Below, piece after piece: positions 1-8,828 of a stretch of 64,000 nucleotides of DNA; within the stretch, counting starts at the first letter, position 1, and each line of letters starts with the position of its first letter. Both the position numbers and the translations under genes were made by a program. The stretch lies in the IMG/VR virus record IMGVR_UViG_3300009095_000001, positions 1 through 64,000 of that record. One strand, written 5' to 3'. The DNA is from a virus. Lineage: Duplodnaviria; Caudoviricetes. The notes under the pieces were generated by a model. That model did no database searches, was not told the DNA's origin, and saw only the letters and a program-made list of their open reading frames with translations.

Positions 1-439
1 CCGATCGTCGTGCTCTCCGAGCTCGTCACCGCCGAGTATCCCGACGGCGACGGCGAGGGCCTGCAGTGGATCGTCTCGATCTCCGCCAACGGCAAGCGGC
101 CCAAGCCCAAGCAGGTGCGCAAGGCCCTGCGTGCGTTCGGCATGGTCGGCGCCGAAGAGGACCAGCACCACCCCGGCGTCGCGCGGCAGTTCTGGCGGCC
201 GGTCGATCCGCAGCACCGCGTCGATTGCCAGTGCAAGGCCGACGAGCGCACGGTGGTCGAGCCCGACGGCTACAACTGGACCACGCCGGTCGACGGTGAG
301 TGCCGCGGCTGCGAGCTCGAGCGGATCACCGGGGCGCCGTGCTCGATCCACAAGGCGGGCGAGCGCGGGAACCTGACGAGTCGCGCGCGCCAGATGAGTC
401 GGTAGGGAATGATCGGGCGCTCGCGGTGTCTCCGAGCGC

Positions 440-1060
440 ATGAGCGATCACGAGAAGTCGATTCGACGAGCCCTCGCGCAGCAAGCCCCACACGCGGCCG
501 CAGCTCTGCTGGTCGGCCACGCCGCAAAGCTGGTGTTCGAGGCCAACAGGATCCTGAGCACGGCCGGAATCATGATGGCGAAGGGCGAGGAAGACGGCGA
601 CAAGACCGACTCTGAGCGCCTGCTCGACCTGCGAGATCGAGGTCAGGTGATCGAGGTCGCGCTGGACAGGTTCGAGTTTCGACTGCTTCGGCCTCCGTCG
701 GTTGACGATGCTGTCGACGAGCTGGTCGAGCGCCACAAGGATTTCGAGAGCGAGCACCCGGACATGCGCAAAGCGATCGATGCGATCGCCGAGCTTCTCA
801 CCGAGGAGCTCGGCGAGGACTGGGCGCTCGCTGGTCCGCTCGCCGTGTTCTGCCCCGACGGCGACAACGATTGGGCATTCGCCGTGCTCCCGTTCGACAC
901 CACTAGCTATTGCAAGCTGGACGAATACGGGTTCTTCGAGATCGAGTGGCTCGGCACGACGTGGCGGCCCGGCTGCGATTGTGCTGAGCCTCTGGCAGAT
1001 GGGAGCGATGAGCTGGGCGCCAGCGATGACCACCGCGAGGGGTGCCCCGCTGGGAGCTGA
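440..1060 (+). CDS. phage hypothetical protein
   Basis: 206-aa ORF with host-like codon pattern, abuts next gene. Confidence 0.6.
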   Translation: MSDHEKSIRRALAQQAPHAAAALLVGHAAKLVFEANRILSTAGIMMAKGEEDGDKTDSERLLDLRDRGQVIEVALDRFEFRLLRPPSVDDAVDELVERHKDFESEHPDMRKAIDAIAELLTEELGEDWALAGPLAVFCPDGDNDWAFAVLPFDTTSYCKLDEYGFFEIEWLGTTWRPGCDCAEPLADGSDELGASDDHREGCPAGS

Positions 1061-1062
1061 CC

Positions 1063-1668
1063 ATGAGCGAGTCCGTCGAGACCTTCGTCAGCCGCCGCAT
1101 GGTCGAGCGTCGCGAGCAGCTCGGCCAGCCGCAGGCCGCCGTCGCGCGAGCGGCCGGCATCGACCGGCCTGCGCTCAACAAGCTCGAGCACGGTGGCACG
1201 CGGCTCACCGTCGAGAAGCTCTGCAAGCTCGCGCTCGCGCTGGGAGTCGAGCCCGCGCATCTGCTGCCGACGCTCGAACAGCTGCGCGGCATGATCGGGA
1301 TGGGGGTCGATCCGCTGCCAAAGCTCGAGGTCCCCACCGGTCAGGCGTACGTCGACGCCGTGATCGCGGGAGCTCGGAGCTACCTCGCCAAGCACCGCAA
1401 GCGACCGCGTGTGCACGACGGAGACGCGATCGAGCACGTGGGGTTCGCGGCCAGCTGGAGCTCGATCGACTCCACGCTGCGCAAGGGCAGCAACGGCGTC
1501 ACGCCGTGCGGCGGGCTGCATGGGCTGCTCGACCGACACGGCGTGGGCCAGCGCCGCTACGCTACTCCACGACCTGCAAGCGCCGGCGCGGGCGCAGCAT
1601 CTTCTCGATCTCCTGCTCGATCTGCATCGCAGCTTCGAGCGTCCGAGCGTCGTCCGGGATCCCGCTGA
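1063..1668 (+). CDS. XRE-family HTH regulator with C-terminal extension
   Basis: RREQLGQPQAAVARAAGIDRPALNKLEHG..LTVEKLCKLALALGV is a typical XRE HTH; ATG at 1063; 3' end overlaps integrase convergently. Confidence 0.75.
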   Translation: MSESVETFVSRRMVERREQLGQPQAAVARAAGIDRPALNKLEHGGTRLTVEKLCKLALALGVEPAHLLPTLEQLRGMIGMGVDPLPKLEVPTGQAYVDAVIAGARSYLAKHRKRPRVHDGDAIEHVGFAASWSSIDSTLRKGSNGVTPCGGLHGLLDRHGVGQRRYATPRPASAGAGAASSRSPARSASQLRASERRPGSR

Positions 1669-2905
1669 TCGGATCGAGGTAGTGCTTCTCGGCGACGTCG
1701 GTCCCGTGGCCGAGCCGCCGCGCAGCGAGGTACAGCGAGCTCGCTTCATAGATCCCGCGGGCGCAGACCAGGTAGCACTCGCACGTTGATCGCAGCGTTG
1801 GGGGCGAACGCTCGTCGGGCTTGGAGTGGCGCTGAGACCAATGGAACGCGGGCGCGCCGTACTCGGCGATCAGCCGCTGCCGCGCGGCGTCGACTTCCTT
1901 GTCGGTGAGCTTGAACACCAACCCGCGGCCGTCGTGCTCGCGCTCCTGCTCGAGCACGCGGATCAGGATCGGCGAGACGGCGAGGTCCACCGCGCGCTCG
2001 TTCTTTTTCTTCGCCCCCACGCGCACGCGGATCACCTTGTCGTGCTCGAGGTCCACCGCATCCCAGCGCAGCCGCAGCAGCTCGCCGAGCCTGAACCCGC
2101 CGAGGAGCATGGTCACCACGAACGGCCCGATCGGCTCGTGATCGAGGTCGTGGCGCCGGCACGCGGCGACCAGCTTGACCAGCTGGTGCGATCGCAGCGG
2201 GGTGGGCTGCGGCTCGTCGCCTTCGACTTGCTTGAGGTTCCGCTTGATCACCTCACCCGATGCGATCGACGGCAGCCGCTCCGCGTCGAGCTCGGCCTGC
2301 AGCATGGTCCTGACCGCGCGCAGCTGACAGTTGATCGCGCTGCTGCTGCGCTTCTCGCCGGTGTCGACCACGGCCTTGCGCCCGGTGCCCTTGCCCTTGG
2401 TCCGTACCCGTCGCGTGGCCCCGATCGCTGCGCCACGGAAGCTGGCCAGCGCTCCCGCGGTGATCTGATCCACGGTCAGCACCCCGGAGCTCGAGCACCA
2501 AGCCCGGAAGCTATCGATCGCCGACCGATAGGTGCGCGCGGTACCTGGTCGCCAGTTGCCGCCGCGCTCGCGGATGTAGCGGTCGATCAAGTCGTCGACG
2601 CTCTCGTGCTCGGGCTGCTCGGGGACAAGGGCGGGAGCTGGTGCCTCACCGCGCGGATCGATGCCGCGGCGCAGCATGCCGAGGTACTCGGCCGCCTGCG
2701 CGCGCGCGGCCTTGATCGGGACCCCGGCCGGCGGTGGTCCGTAGGGACCGATCGGGATCCGCTGCTGCTTGCCCTGGTAGCGAAAGCGGAAGTACCAGCG
2801 CTTGTTCTTGCGAGTGACGAGCAGCTCGAGGCCGAGGTCGTCGAGTACCCAGTAGGGTTTCGCGCCGGGCTGGAGCGCCTTGATCTCCTTGTCCGTCAGC
2901 GCCAC
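1562..2905 (-). CDS. int: tyrosine recombinase/integrase with N-terminal arm-binding domain (P4-like)
   Basis: LTDKEIKALQPGAKPYWVLD..GLELLV..KRWYFRFRYQGKQQRIPIGPYG arm domain; GFRLGELLRLRW, PTLRST, LGH..KHY catalytic motifs; start 2905 or 2920. Confidence 0.92.
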   Translation of the reverse strand: MALTDKEIKALQPGAKPYWVLDDLGLELLVTRKNKRWYFRFRYQGKQQRIPIGPYGPPPAGVPIKAARAQAAEYLGMLRRGIDPRGEAPAPALVPEQPEHESVDDLIDRYIRERGGNWRPGTARTYRSAIDSFRAWCSSSGVLTVDQITAGALASFRGAAIGATRRVRTKGKGTGRKAVVDTGEKRSSSAINCQLRAVRTMLQAELDAERLPSIASGEVIKRNLKQVEGDEPQPTPLRSHQLVKLVAACRRHDLDHEPIGPFVVTMLLGGFRLGELLRLRWDAVDLEHDKVIRVRVGAKKKNERAVDLAVSPILIRVLEQEREHDGRGLVFKLTDKEVDAARQRLIAEYGAPAFHWSQRHSKPDERSPPTLRSTCECYLVCARGIYEASSLYLAARRLGHGTDVAEKHYLDPISGIPDDARTLEAAMQIEQEIEKMLRPRRRLQVVE

Positions 2906-2938
2906 GGGGGCCCCCAGCACAAGCCGTGGCCGCTGTCT

Positions 2939-2982
2939 GTTACCGCGTCGTTACCTCGCGTTTGACTCGCTGTTGACTCGCG
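2939..2982. repeat. integrase arm-type direct repeats, left of att core (4 x 11 bp)
   Basis: gttaccgcgtc gttacctcgcg tttgactcgct gttgactcgcg in tandem. Confidence 0.7.
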
Positions 2983-3102
2983 AGGGCTCGGCTGCGAGAA
3001 CCCCAGGCGCTGCGCCCGACCGCGCCCGGTTGCGTCGTTGCGTGTTTTTCGCGTTCCCATCGGCCGGATTCCCTACCACAGACCTTCGCCGCTGGGCTCG
3101 CG

Positions 3103-3149
3103 TCAGCTTCCCAAGCTGAAAGCCGCGAGTTCGATCCTCGCTTCCCGCT
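3103..3149 (+). other. attP-type core: 3' half of tRNA-Gly(CCC)
   Basis: tcagc-ttCCCaa-gctga anticodon arm, gcgag-ttcgatc-ctcgc T arm, ttcccgct acceptor strand; no 5' acceptor strand or D arm upstream; next to integrase. Confidence 0.85.
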
Positions 3150-3152
3150 GCA

Positions 3153-3183
3153 CGAAAGCCCCGATTTCGGGGCTTTCGCTTTT
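3153..3183 (+). terminator. intrinsic terminator downstream of tRNA fragment
   Basis: cgaaagccccg-attt-cggggctttcg 11-bp stem followed by ctttt. Confidence 0.75.
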
Positions 3184-3196
3184 GGGCCGACCGGCC

Positions 3197-3218
3197 GTTG
3201 ACTCGTTTTTGACTCGCT
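3197..3218. repeat. integrase arm-type direct repeats, right of att core (2 x 11 bp)
   Basis: gttgactcgtt tttgactcgct; second unit identical to 2961-2971. Confidence 0.7.
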
Positions 3219-3260
3219 TTGCGATCGCTTGGATCAGGAGCCGCCCGCCTCGCCAGATCG

Positions 3261-4319
3261 TCAGCCGCCGACGCTGTGGTGATAATCGAACGCGTCGTCG
3301 ATCGCGTGCTGGATCCGGTCGCGCCGCGGCTTGCCATCGCAGCTGAACAGCACCTGACCGGCGCTGTTGGTGATTGTGGTCGAGCTGATATGCGGTCCGT
3401 CCGCGTGGGCGATGGTGACGTCGTCACCCCACGCGCGGCGCAGCTCCTGCTCGAGCGCGGACTCGTCGCGGTCCTTCACCTGCAACTCGGGCTCCTCTGG
3501 GCTGCGGAACAGGTCACGCAGGCACTGCATGGCTTCGCGCTGGTCGTCCGTTGCGGGCTCAGTCACGCTCACCAGCACCGCGAGCAGTTCGCCCACGAGG
3601 TCCTCATGCGAGGCGACGCTCTCGATCTCGTTTCGCTTCGGAGTCCATATCATGCAGTGCGACACGAACCGGTCGGGATGGCGGTCGAGCAGGTCGCGAG
3701 CCCGGTCATCGAACCCGGGTTCGTCTTCGCCGTCGCGTTCTTCGATTTCTTCATCCTCGAAGTCCTCGAAGACAACCCGAGCAGCGAGGCTCTCATACTC
3801 GCGCCAGCGACCCTCGTCATGGTCGAAGTAGTACCAGCCCAGCACGCCGTTGTTGTCGTGAGTCGGGATTGTGTAGGACTGATACGGCCCGCCGAACACG
3901 ACGTGCCAGCCCTCCGGCGGACAGTCGGGGCCGCCCGACGATCGGATCAGGTAGTGAAAGTCGCCGTCGACGGGCACCGGAAGCTGAATGTTTGAGACAG
4001 CCTCGCGCATCGCAGCCAGCTGCTCGTGAAGCTCGGAGGTCTCTTGTTCGGTGTCGCGCTGGCTTTCCGCACCAGCATCGTAGGCGGCCCGGAGCTCGCC
4101 CACGATCCAGCTCCAATCGCGACCGAAGCTGTTGTCCTCGGCTTCGCCTCCATCCCAGTGGGTAGCGATGCGCTCGCCGTTGCGGATGATCATCACCGTG
4201 CGGTCGTCGCCGCCGAAGCTGAGGTACTCAGTCAGCTCCTCGCGCTCGTCGTCGGGGACCCAGTCGGGGATCTGCTCGGGCTTGGATGCGAGCGCCACGT
4301 CGAATTGCTTGTTGCTCAT
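3261..4319 (-). CDS. acidic phage hypothetical protein
   Basis: protein-like ORF from ATG 4319 (MSNKQFDV..). Confidence 0.6.
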   Translation of the reverse strand: MSNKQFDVALASKPEQIPDWVPDDEREELTEYLSFGGDDRTVMIIRNGERIATHWDGGEAEDNSFGRDWSWIVGELRAAYDAGAESQRDTEQETSELHEQLAAMREAVSNIQLPVPVDGDFHYLIRSSGGPDCPPEGWHVVFGGPYQSYTIPTHDNNGVLGWYYFDHDEGRWREYESLAARVVFEDFEDEEIEERDGEDEPGFDDRARDLLDRHPDRFVSHCMIWTPKRNEIESVASHEDLVGELLAVLVSVTEPATDDQREAMQCLRDLFRSPEEPELQVKDRDESALEQELRRAWGDDVTIAHADGPHISSTTITNSAGQVLFSCDGKPRRDRIQHAIDDAFDYHHSVGG

Positions 4320-4544
4320 GGGTTCGCCCAAGCGCGCAGCCGTCGCGAGTATTCCGCGGAATGCCCACGCGCTCGCGGCGGTCGGTCCGGCATGAGCGAG
4401 AAAGCCGAGTGGGTGATCATGCTGGAGACCATCATCACCCCAAGCCACGGTGCAGGTGAGCACCGCGTGGCCCGACGCGCTGACGATGATGCCGGTCACG
4501 AACTCGCCGCTCGACCGCTACCCGCAGCTGCGCGGAGCCGCGGA

Positions 4545-5657
4545 GTGAGCTTGCCGATCACCTGCCCTGGCTGTGGCTTTCGGCCGACCATCCAGGAACG
4601 CGACGCCGAGCTCGACCCCAATCCCGCGCGTTTGAGCTGCTGCAACCCGGCGTGCCTCGGCAAGTGGGGCTCTGGGTGCTGGCATTGCCACACGCCATCC
4701 GCCGCGTCCGACCCGATCCAAACCGAGCGCGCGGTCAAGCTGGCCGTGCGAATCTGGGCGATGCACCGCGGGTTGTGGGGCGATGGGAACGCGACCGCCA
4801 AGATGAACGCAGCGATGACCGCATCGAACGATGGCTGCTTGATCGAAGCGCCAGCGAGCGATGCGATGGGCTACCAGCTCCATCCCTGGCCGCGCACCTT
4901 CGTCGCGTGGCCGACCGCACTGCTCTGGGCGCTGAGCTTCGAGCACGAGCTGGCGATCGGCGAGTGCACGGGTTGCGGGCTGGACGAGATTGGGCACTTC
5001 TCGAACAAGTGGGCGCAGCGGATCCGCAAGGAGCTACGCGCGAACCCGGACGAGTGGAAGCACTGGGCGCGCGACGTGTCGCTGCATCACCTCGATAAGC
5101 GCGCCATGCAGCGCGAGGCGAACAAGCTCGCGCGGGCGGGGATGCTCAAGCGCCAGCGCTCGCAGCTCAGGCCCAACACGTTCGAGTTTCGGCTCGCGTG
5201 CTGCGACGGCCACGGGATCGACAAGCGCAGCGTCGGCGAGCTGCTGCTCGACCTGGCCACGACCACGCGGCGAGTCCCGAAGGCCGCCGAGGTCGTGACC
5301 GCCTTCGCCGATCACCAGGCGCACCAGGGCGATCCGCTCGGTCTCGGGCTGCTCACCTGGCTGCGCGAGCGCGAGCTGGGCGTGGACTTGGATCCCAGCT
5401 GGCAGGCCGCGTGCGCGTGGATGCTGGTCCGCGATCTGCTGCCGCACGGGATCACGTGCCCAACGTGCAGCAGCGAGCCGCCGTCGACCGTGCGCTACGA
5501 CAAGCCGCTGCCCGGCAAGTGCTGCTCGTGCTTCTCGGTCATCCCGCTCGAGCAACAGGAGCTGCACCCGGACCCCTACGCCGATGACATTCACGGCGAC
5601 AGTGCCCCGCACCTGCAGTGCGAGAGCTGCCGCGAACAGTCGGCCGCGGACATCTAG
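4545..5657 (+). CDS. Cys-rich multi-zinc-finger hypothetical protein
   Basis: CPGC, CWHC, CTGC, CPTC, CCSC, CESC motifs; start uncertain. Confidence 0.55.
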   Translation: MSLPITCPGCGFRPTIQERDAELDPNPARLSCCNPACLGKWGSGCWHCHTPSAASDPIQTERAVKLAVRIWAMHRGLWGDGNATAKMNAAMTASNDGCLIEAPASDAMGYQLHPWPRTFVAWPTALLWALSFEHELAIGECTGCGLDEIGHFSNKWAQRIRKELRANPDEWKHWARDVSLHHLDKRAMQREANKLARAGMLKRQRSQLRPNTFEFRLACCDGHGIDKRSVGELLLDLATTTRRVPKAAEVVTAFADHQAHQGDPLGLGLLTWLRERELGVDLDPSWQAACAWMLVRDLLPHGITCPTCSSEPPSTVRYDKPLPGKCCSCFSVIPLEQQELHPDPYADDIHGDSAPHLQCESCREQSAADI

Positions 5658-6637
5658 CTGGCCTCGCGCGCGATCCGTGTGCGCAGCTTCGCCAGCAGCT
5701 CTACCCGGTCAGCCGTCTCCATCGGCCATCGATCGCCGAAGTCGACGCGCGAGCGCGGGTCAACCCTCGGCAGCTCGAGCCCGCGAACGTGGCCGCGGGC
5801 GAGCCGGTCGAACCTGCGCTCCTTGTCGGGCTCACGCTCGCGGCACGTGCCCGCGCTCAGCCAGCGGTAGGCCGCGCGCATCGAATCGCTCTTGCACTGC
5901 GCCTGGCCCTTGCGCGCGCTCCAGATCGCCACGACGGTCGCTACCACGGGATCGCAGAGCGACCAGGGCGGCGCGTCGGCGGACCAGTATCGAGGCACGT
6001 AGAGCGGCGAGACCATCCCGTAGAGCCCGCGCCCGAGCGCCCACGCGTCATAGGTCGCCGGGTTGCCGCGCACGGTTCGGGCCTGCTCGAGCTCGCCGTC
6101 GACGAGCACGAACACTGGCACCCTCGCGTCCGACCAGCGCTCGCTCGTGTGCTCGCGGCCGTAGCTCGCGAACGCCACGCCTGCGTCGACGTCCGGCCCG
6201 TGCACGTGGACCGAGCCCGGGTTCGCCGAAGACTCGCTGATCGCCTTGCGATACAGCAGATCGATCGCCATCGCGTCCGCGCCGAGCTCGTCGCCAACGA
6301 TCGCGATGATCTTCCGCACCTGGTCGCGCTGAGCCGCGGCCGCGCGCGGAGACTTGAGCCACGCTGGCAAGCGCTTGCTCAGCACCGGACCCTCTGCCGA
6401 CTCCCGCAGAATCAGCGGGTCGCAGGTGTTGGGCTCGGCTAGGATCGCCACGGTGGGGACGGGGACGGCTGCGGGCGGGGTCACACGATCTGGCAACAGC
6501 ACGGGCCGCTCCGGCGCGTTTTCGATGGTGACGGCGGGCTCGCGCGCTTCCGCGGAACACCCTGCGCAGGCTTGCCCGAGCGCGATCACAAGACCGAACC
6601 CGAGCACGATACGAGTTGCAAGATTGTCAAGATCCAT
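5654..6637 (-). CDS. membrane-anchored/lipoprotein lytic transglycosylase-like protein
   Basis: N-terminal hydrophobic helix plus AGC lipobox-like motif; KAISESSANP (catalytic ES) and GRGLYGM resemble SLT motifs I/II. Confidence 0.5.
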   Translation of the reverse strand: MDLDNLATRIVLGFGLVIALGQACAGCSAEAREPAVTIENAPERPVLLPDRVTPPAAVPVPTVAILAEPNTCDPLILRESAEGPVLSKRLPAWLKSPRAAAAQRDQVRKIIAIVGDELGADAMAIDLLYRKAISESSANPGSVHVHGPDVDAGVAFASYGREHTSERWSDARVPVFVLVDGELEQARTVRGNPATYDAWALGRGLYGMVSPLYVPRYWSADAPPWSLCDPVVATVVAIWSARKGQAQCKSDSMRAAYRWLSAGTCREREPDKERRFDRLARGHVRGLELPRVDPRSRVDFGDRWPMETADRVELLAKLRTRIAREAS

Positions 6638-6716
6638 GATCGGGCGAGGGTACCATGCTCGGCGTGGAAGACTTCCCGCTGGGAATGACAAAAGCTCTCG
6701 CGCTATTTGGTCCGGC

Positions 6717-7250
6717 ATGGACGACAACGCCTACAAGATCACGATCAACGGAGACACCGTGGAGCTGCACTGCATGCTCCGCTCACCGGACACGCTGCTG
6801 TTCTCGGGCACTCGCAGCGAAGTGCTCGAGGAGCTGCGCCGCAAAGCGAGGCTCGCTCGCGCCGGTGGATTGACCGCGCGAGCAGAGCGGTTTGTTCGGT
6901 TGGCTGCGGAGCTCGTGCCCGAGCAGCATCGGAGCTGGCTGGGGCTCCCGCTGACCGTCAATCAGGCGATCGGCCGGTACCTGCGCAATATCGCTTGGGG
7001 GAAAGAGTGCGCCGACCACCTGCTCGATCTCGGCTTCGCGAAATGGCGCGACATGTTCCGAGCCTCGCACCAGCGCTACCGCGAACAGGGCGGCCGCAAC
7101 GAGTGGGACTCCTGGGACTACTCCGACGCCGAAATGCGCCTGATCTACGCGGGCGTCATCGGGCACGCTCTGGCCGGTACCCAGCCCGATGAGCTCGAGC
7201 TCGCGGCGGCCGGGAATGACGGGCCGGACCGCGGTATTGGTCCGGCATGA
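6717..7250 (+). CDS. phage hypothetical protein
   Basis: first gene of a run with ATGA/GTGA overlaps. Confidence 0.55.
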   Translation: MDDNAYKITINGDTVELHCMLRSPDTLLFSGTRSEVLEELRRKARLARAGGLTARAERFVRLAAELVPEQHRSWLGLPLTVNQAIGRYLRNIAWGKECADHLLDLGFAKWRDMFRASHQRYREQGGRNEWDSWDYSDAEMRLIYAGVIGHALAGTQPDELELAAAGNDGPDRGIGPA

Positions 7251-7831
7251 CCGAAGACTCCGACCCGCCCAAGGCGACCAAGACTGAGCTCGAGCGACGA
7301 CAGCTCGAAGCGCGACCTGGCCACGGCAAATCGATGCTCTCCATGACGAAGCTCTTGCAGCTCCTGCCCGCGGCCGCGTTGCTGGGTGGCATCGACCAGC
7401 GCGAGGTCGAGCGAGTACAAGCTCTCGCCGAGCTGGCGCTCGTGCTCGACTGCTCGATCCGCGATCTCGAACAAGCCGCGGAGCAGCGAGGCTTCGAGCT
7501 CACGACCGACCGCGTCAAGCTCTGGACCGAGTCGGCCGCGCGCGGCGAGATCGGGCTGACCGAGATCCTGATCGCCATGGAGCCTCCGCCGGTCGGACTG
7601 CGAGGCAAGGGTGGGCCTGCGGTGTTCAACGAACCAATCGACTGGGACCACGCGGCCGAACGCGAGGTGATCGACAACTCGATCACGCCCGAGCCGTCGC
7701 CCGAGGAATCGCAGGCCGTGGTCTTTCATCGCAGTACAGAATGGGACGCCGCGCAGATGAAGCGAGATATCGACCGCGAGCGCGCTCGCAAGTCGTCGTT
7801 CGCTCGACGGGCGGGGAAGTGGCGGCGATGA
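7247..7831 (+). CDS. phage hypothetical protein
   Basis: ATGA overlaps at both ends. Confidence 0.6.
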   Translation: MTEDSDPPKATKTELERRQLEARPGHGKSMLSMTKLLQLLPAAALLGGIDQREVERVQALAELALVLDCSIRDLEQAAEQRGFELTTDRVKLWTESAARGEIGLTEILIAMEPPPVGLRGKGGPAVFNEPIDWDHAAEREVIDNSITPEPSPEESQAVVFHRSTEWDAAQMKRDIDRERARKSSFARRAGKWRR

Positions 7832-8100
7832 AGCCCGCACCCGATTGGGCCGTGCCGCTCGAGGACGATCACGTGTGGTGCCCGGAGTGCCGCGACACGC
7901 TGTACCTCGGAGAAATGGAGTGGCCCGACCCGCTCATGCTCGAGCCCGGCGAGGTCGTCGAGATCTTTGTGAGCTGCTACGCGGGCGGGGATGACCCTTG
8001 CGACGCTGACGTGCTGGTGCGACGACGCGTGAACGCTGCCGGCGATGACTACGACGGACCACCAGTGAACGTGTGGCCGATGGAGGGCGACGATGGCTAA
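7828..8100 (+). CDS. small Zn-ribbon hypothetical protein
   Basis: WCPEC motif, overlapping start/stop. Confidence 0.5.
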   Translation: MKPAPDWAVPLEDDHVWCPECRDTLYLGEMEWPDPLMLEPGEVVEIFVSCYAGGDDPCDADVLVRRRVNAAGDDYDGPPVNVWPMEGDDG

Positions 8101-8582
8101 CTCGAAGCAGACGACGGGATCGCTGGTCCTGGCCAGCACCGCGCAGCTTCGCCGACTCGCGCGCAGGGTCGATGCGCTGTGCCTGGTCGCTGAAATATCG
8201 TTCGTCGCGTGCGCGGACAATGGCGCCGCGATCACGCTGACGAGCGCCAACATACGCACGACTTGGCGGCACGGCGAGAAGCTCGAAGCGTTCATCTTGC
8301 GGCACCGTCACGCATCCTTCGCGGCGGGAATCAGGCCGTGAGCGCGCAGCCTGACGCGCGGCTGTTGCAACTCGCCGCACTCGTGCACAACGTGAAGCAC
8401 CTACTCGTGCGGCTCGAGGTCGGAGCCAAGCCGCACAAGCAAGACGCCACCGATGCTCGCCGGTGGCTGCCGCAGATCGAGCAGCTGCTCAGCGAGCTAC
8501 CTGAACCCAAGCGCCGAGTGATCGAAGCCGGCGAACTCGGTGGGGCTGGTCCCGTCGAGCACTACTACGAGGACAGCGAAAC

Positions 8583-8825
8583 ATGAGTAACAGGACCGAA
8601 CGCGAGGCTGTACTCGCGCACATCAACAAGCTCCGCGCGAGCTACCCCGAAGACGTGTTCAAGCCGATCGGCATCGACGAGATTGACGTCTCGCGCGATC
8701 GAGTTGGCGCTGCGATGGCTCGCCACCTGCTGACGCTGCTGGCCGAGGACATTCGCCATGGCAAGCACCGCGTGCCCGAAGCCGAGCCCACCATGGACAT
8801 GGACGCCGCGATCAAGATCGACTGA
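8583..8825 (+). CDS. phage hypothetical protein
   Basis: ATGA overlap, ends 3 nt before MTase start. Confidence 0.5.
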   Translation: MSNRTEREAVLAHINKLRASYPEDVFKPIGIDEIDVSRDRVGAAMARHLLTLLAEDIRHGKHRVPEAEPTMDMDAAIKID

Positions 8826-8828
8826 CCA

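Noticed and set aside
3075-3152. Complete tRNA-Gly gene
   Set aside because: No 5' acceptor strand (gcgggaa) or D arm upstream; only the 3' half exists, so it is called an att core
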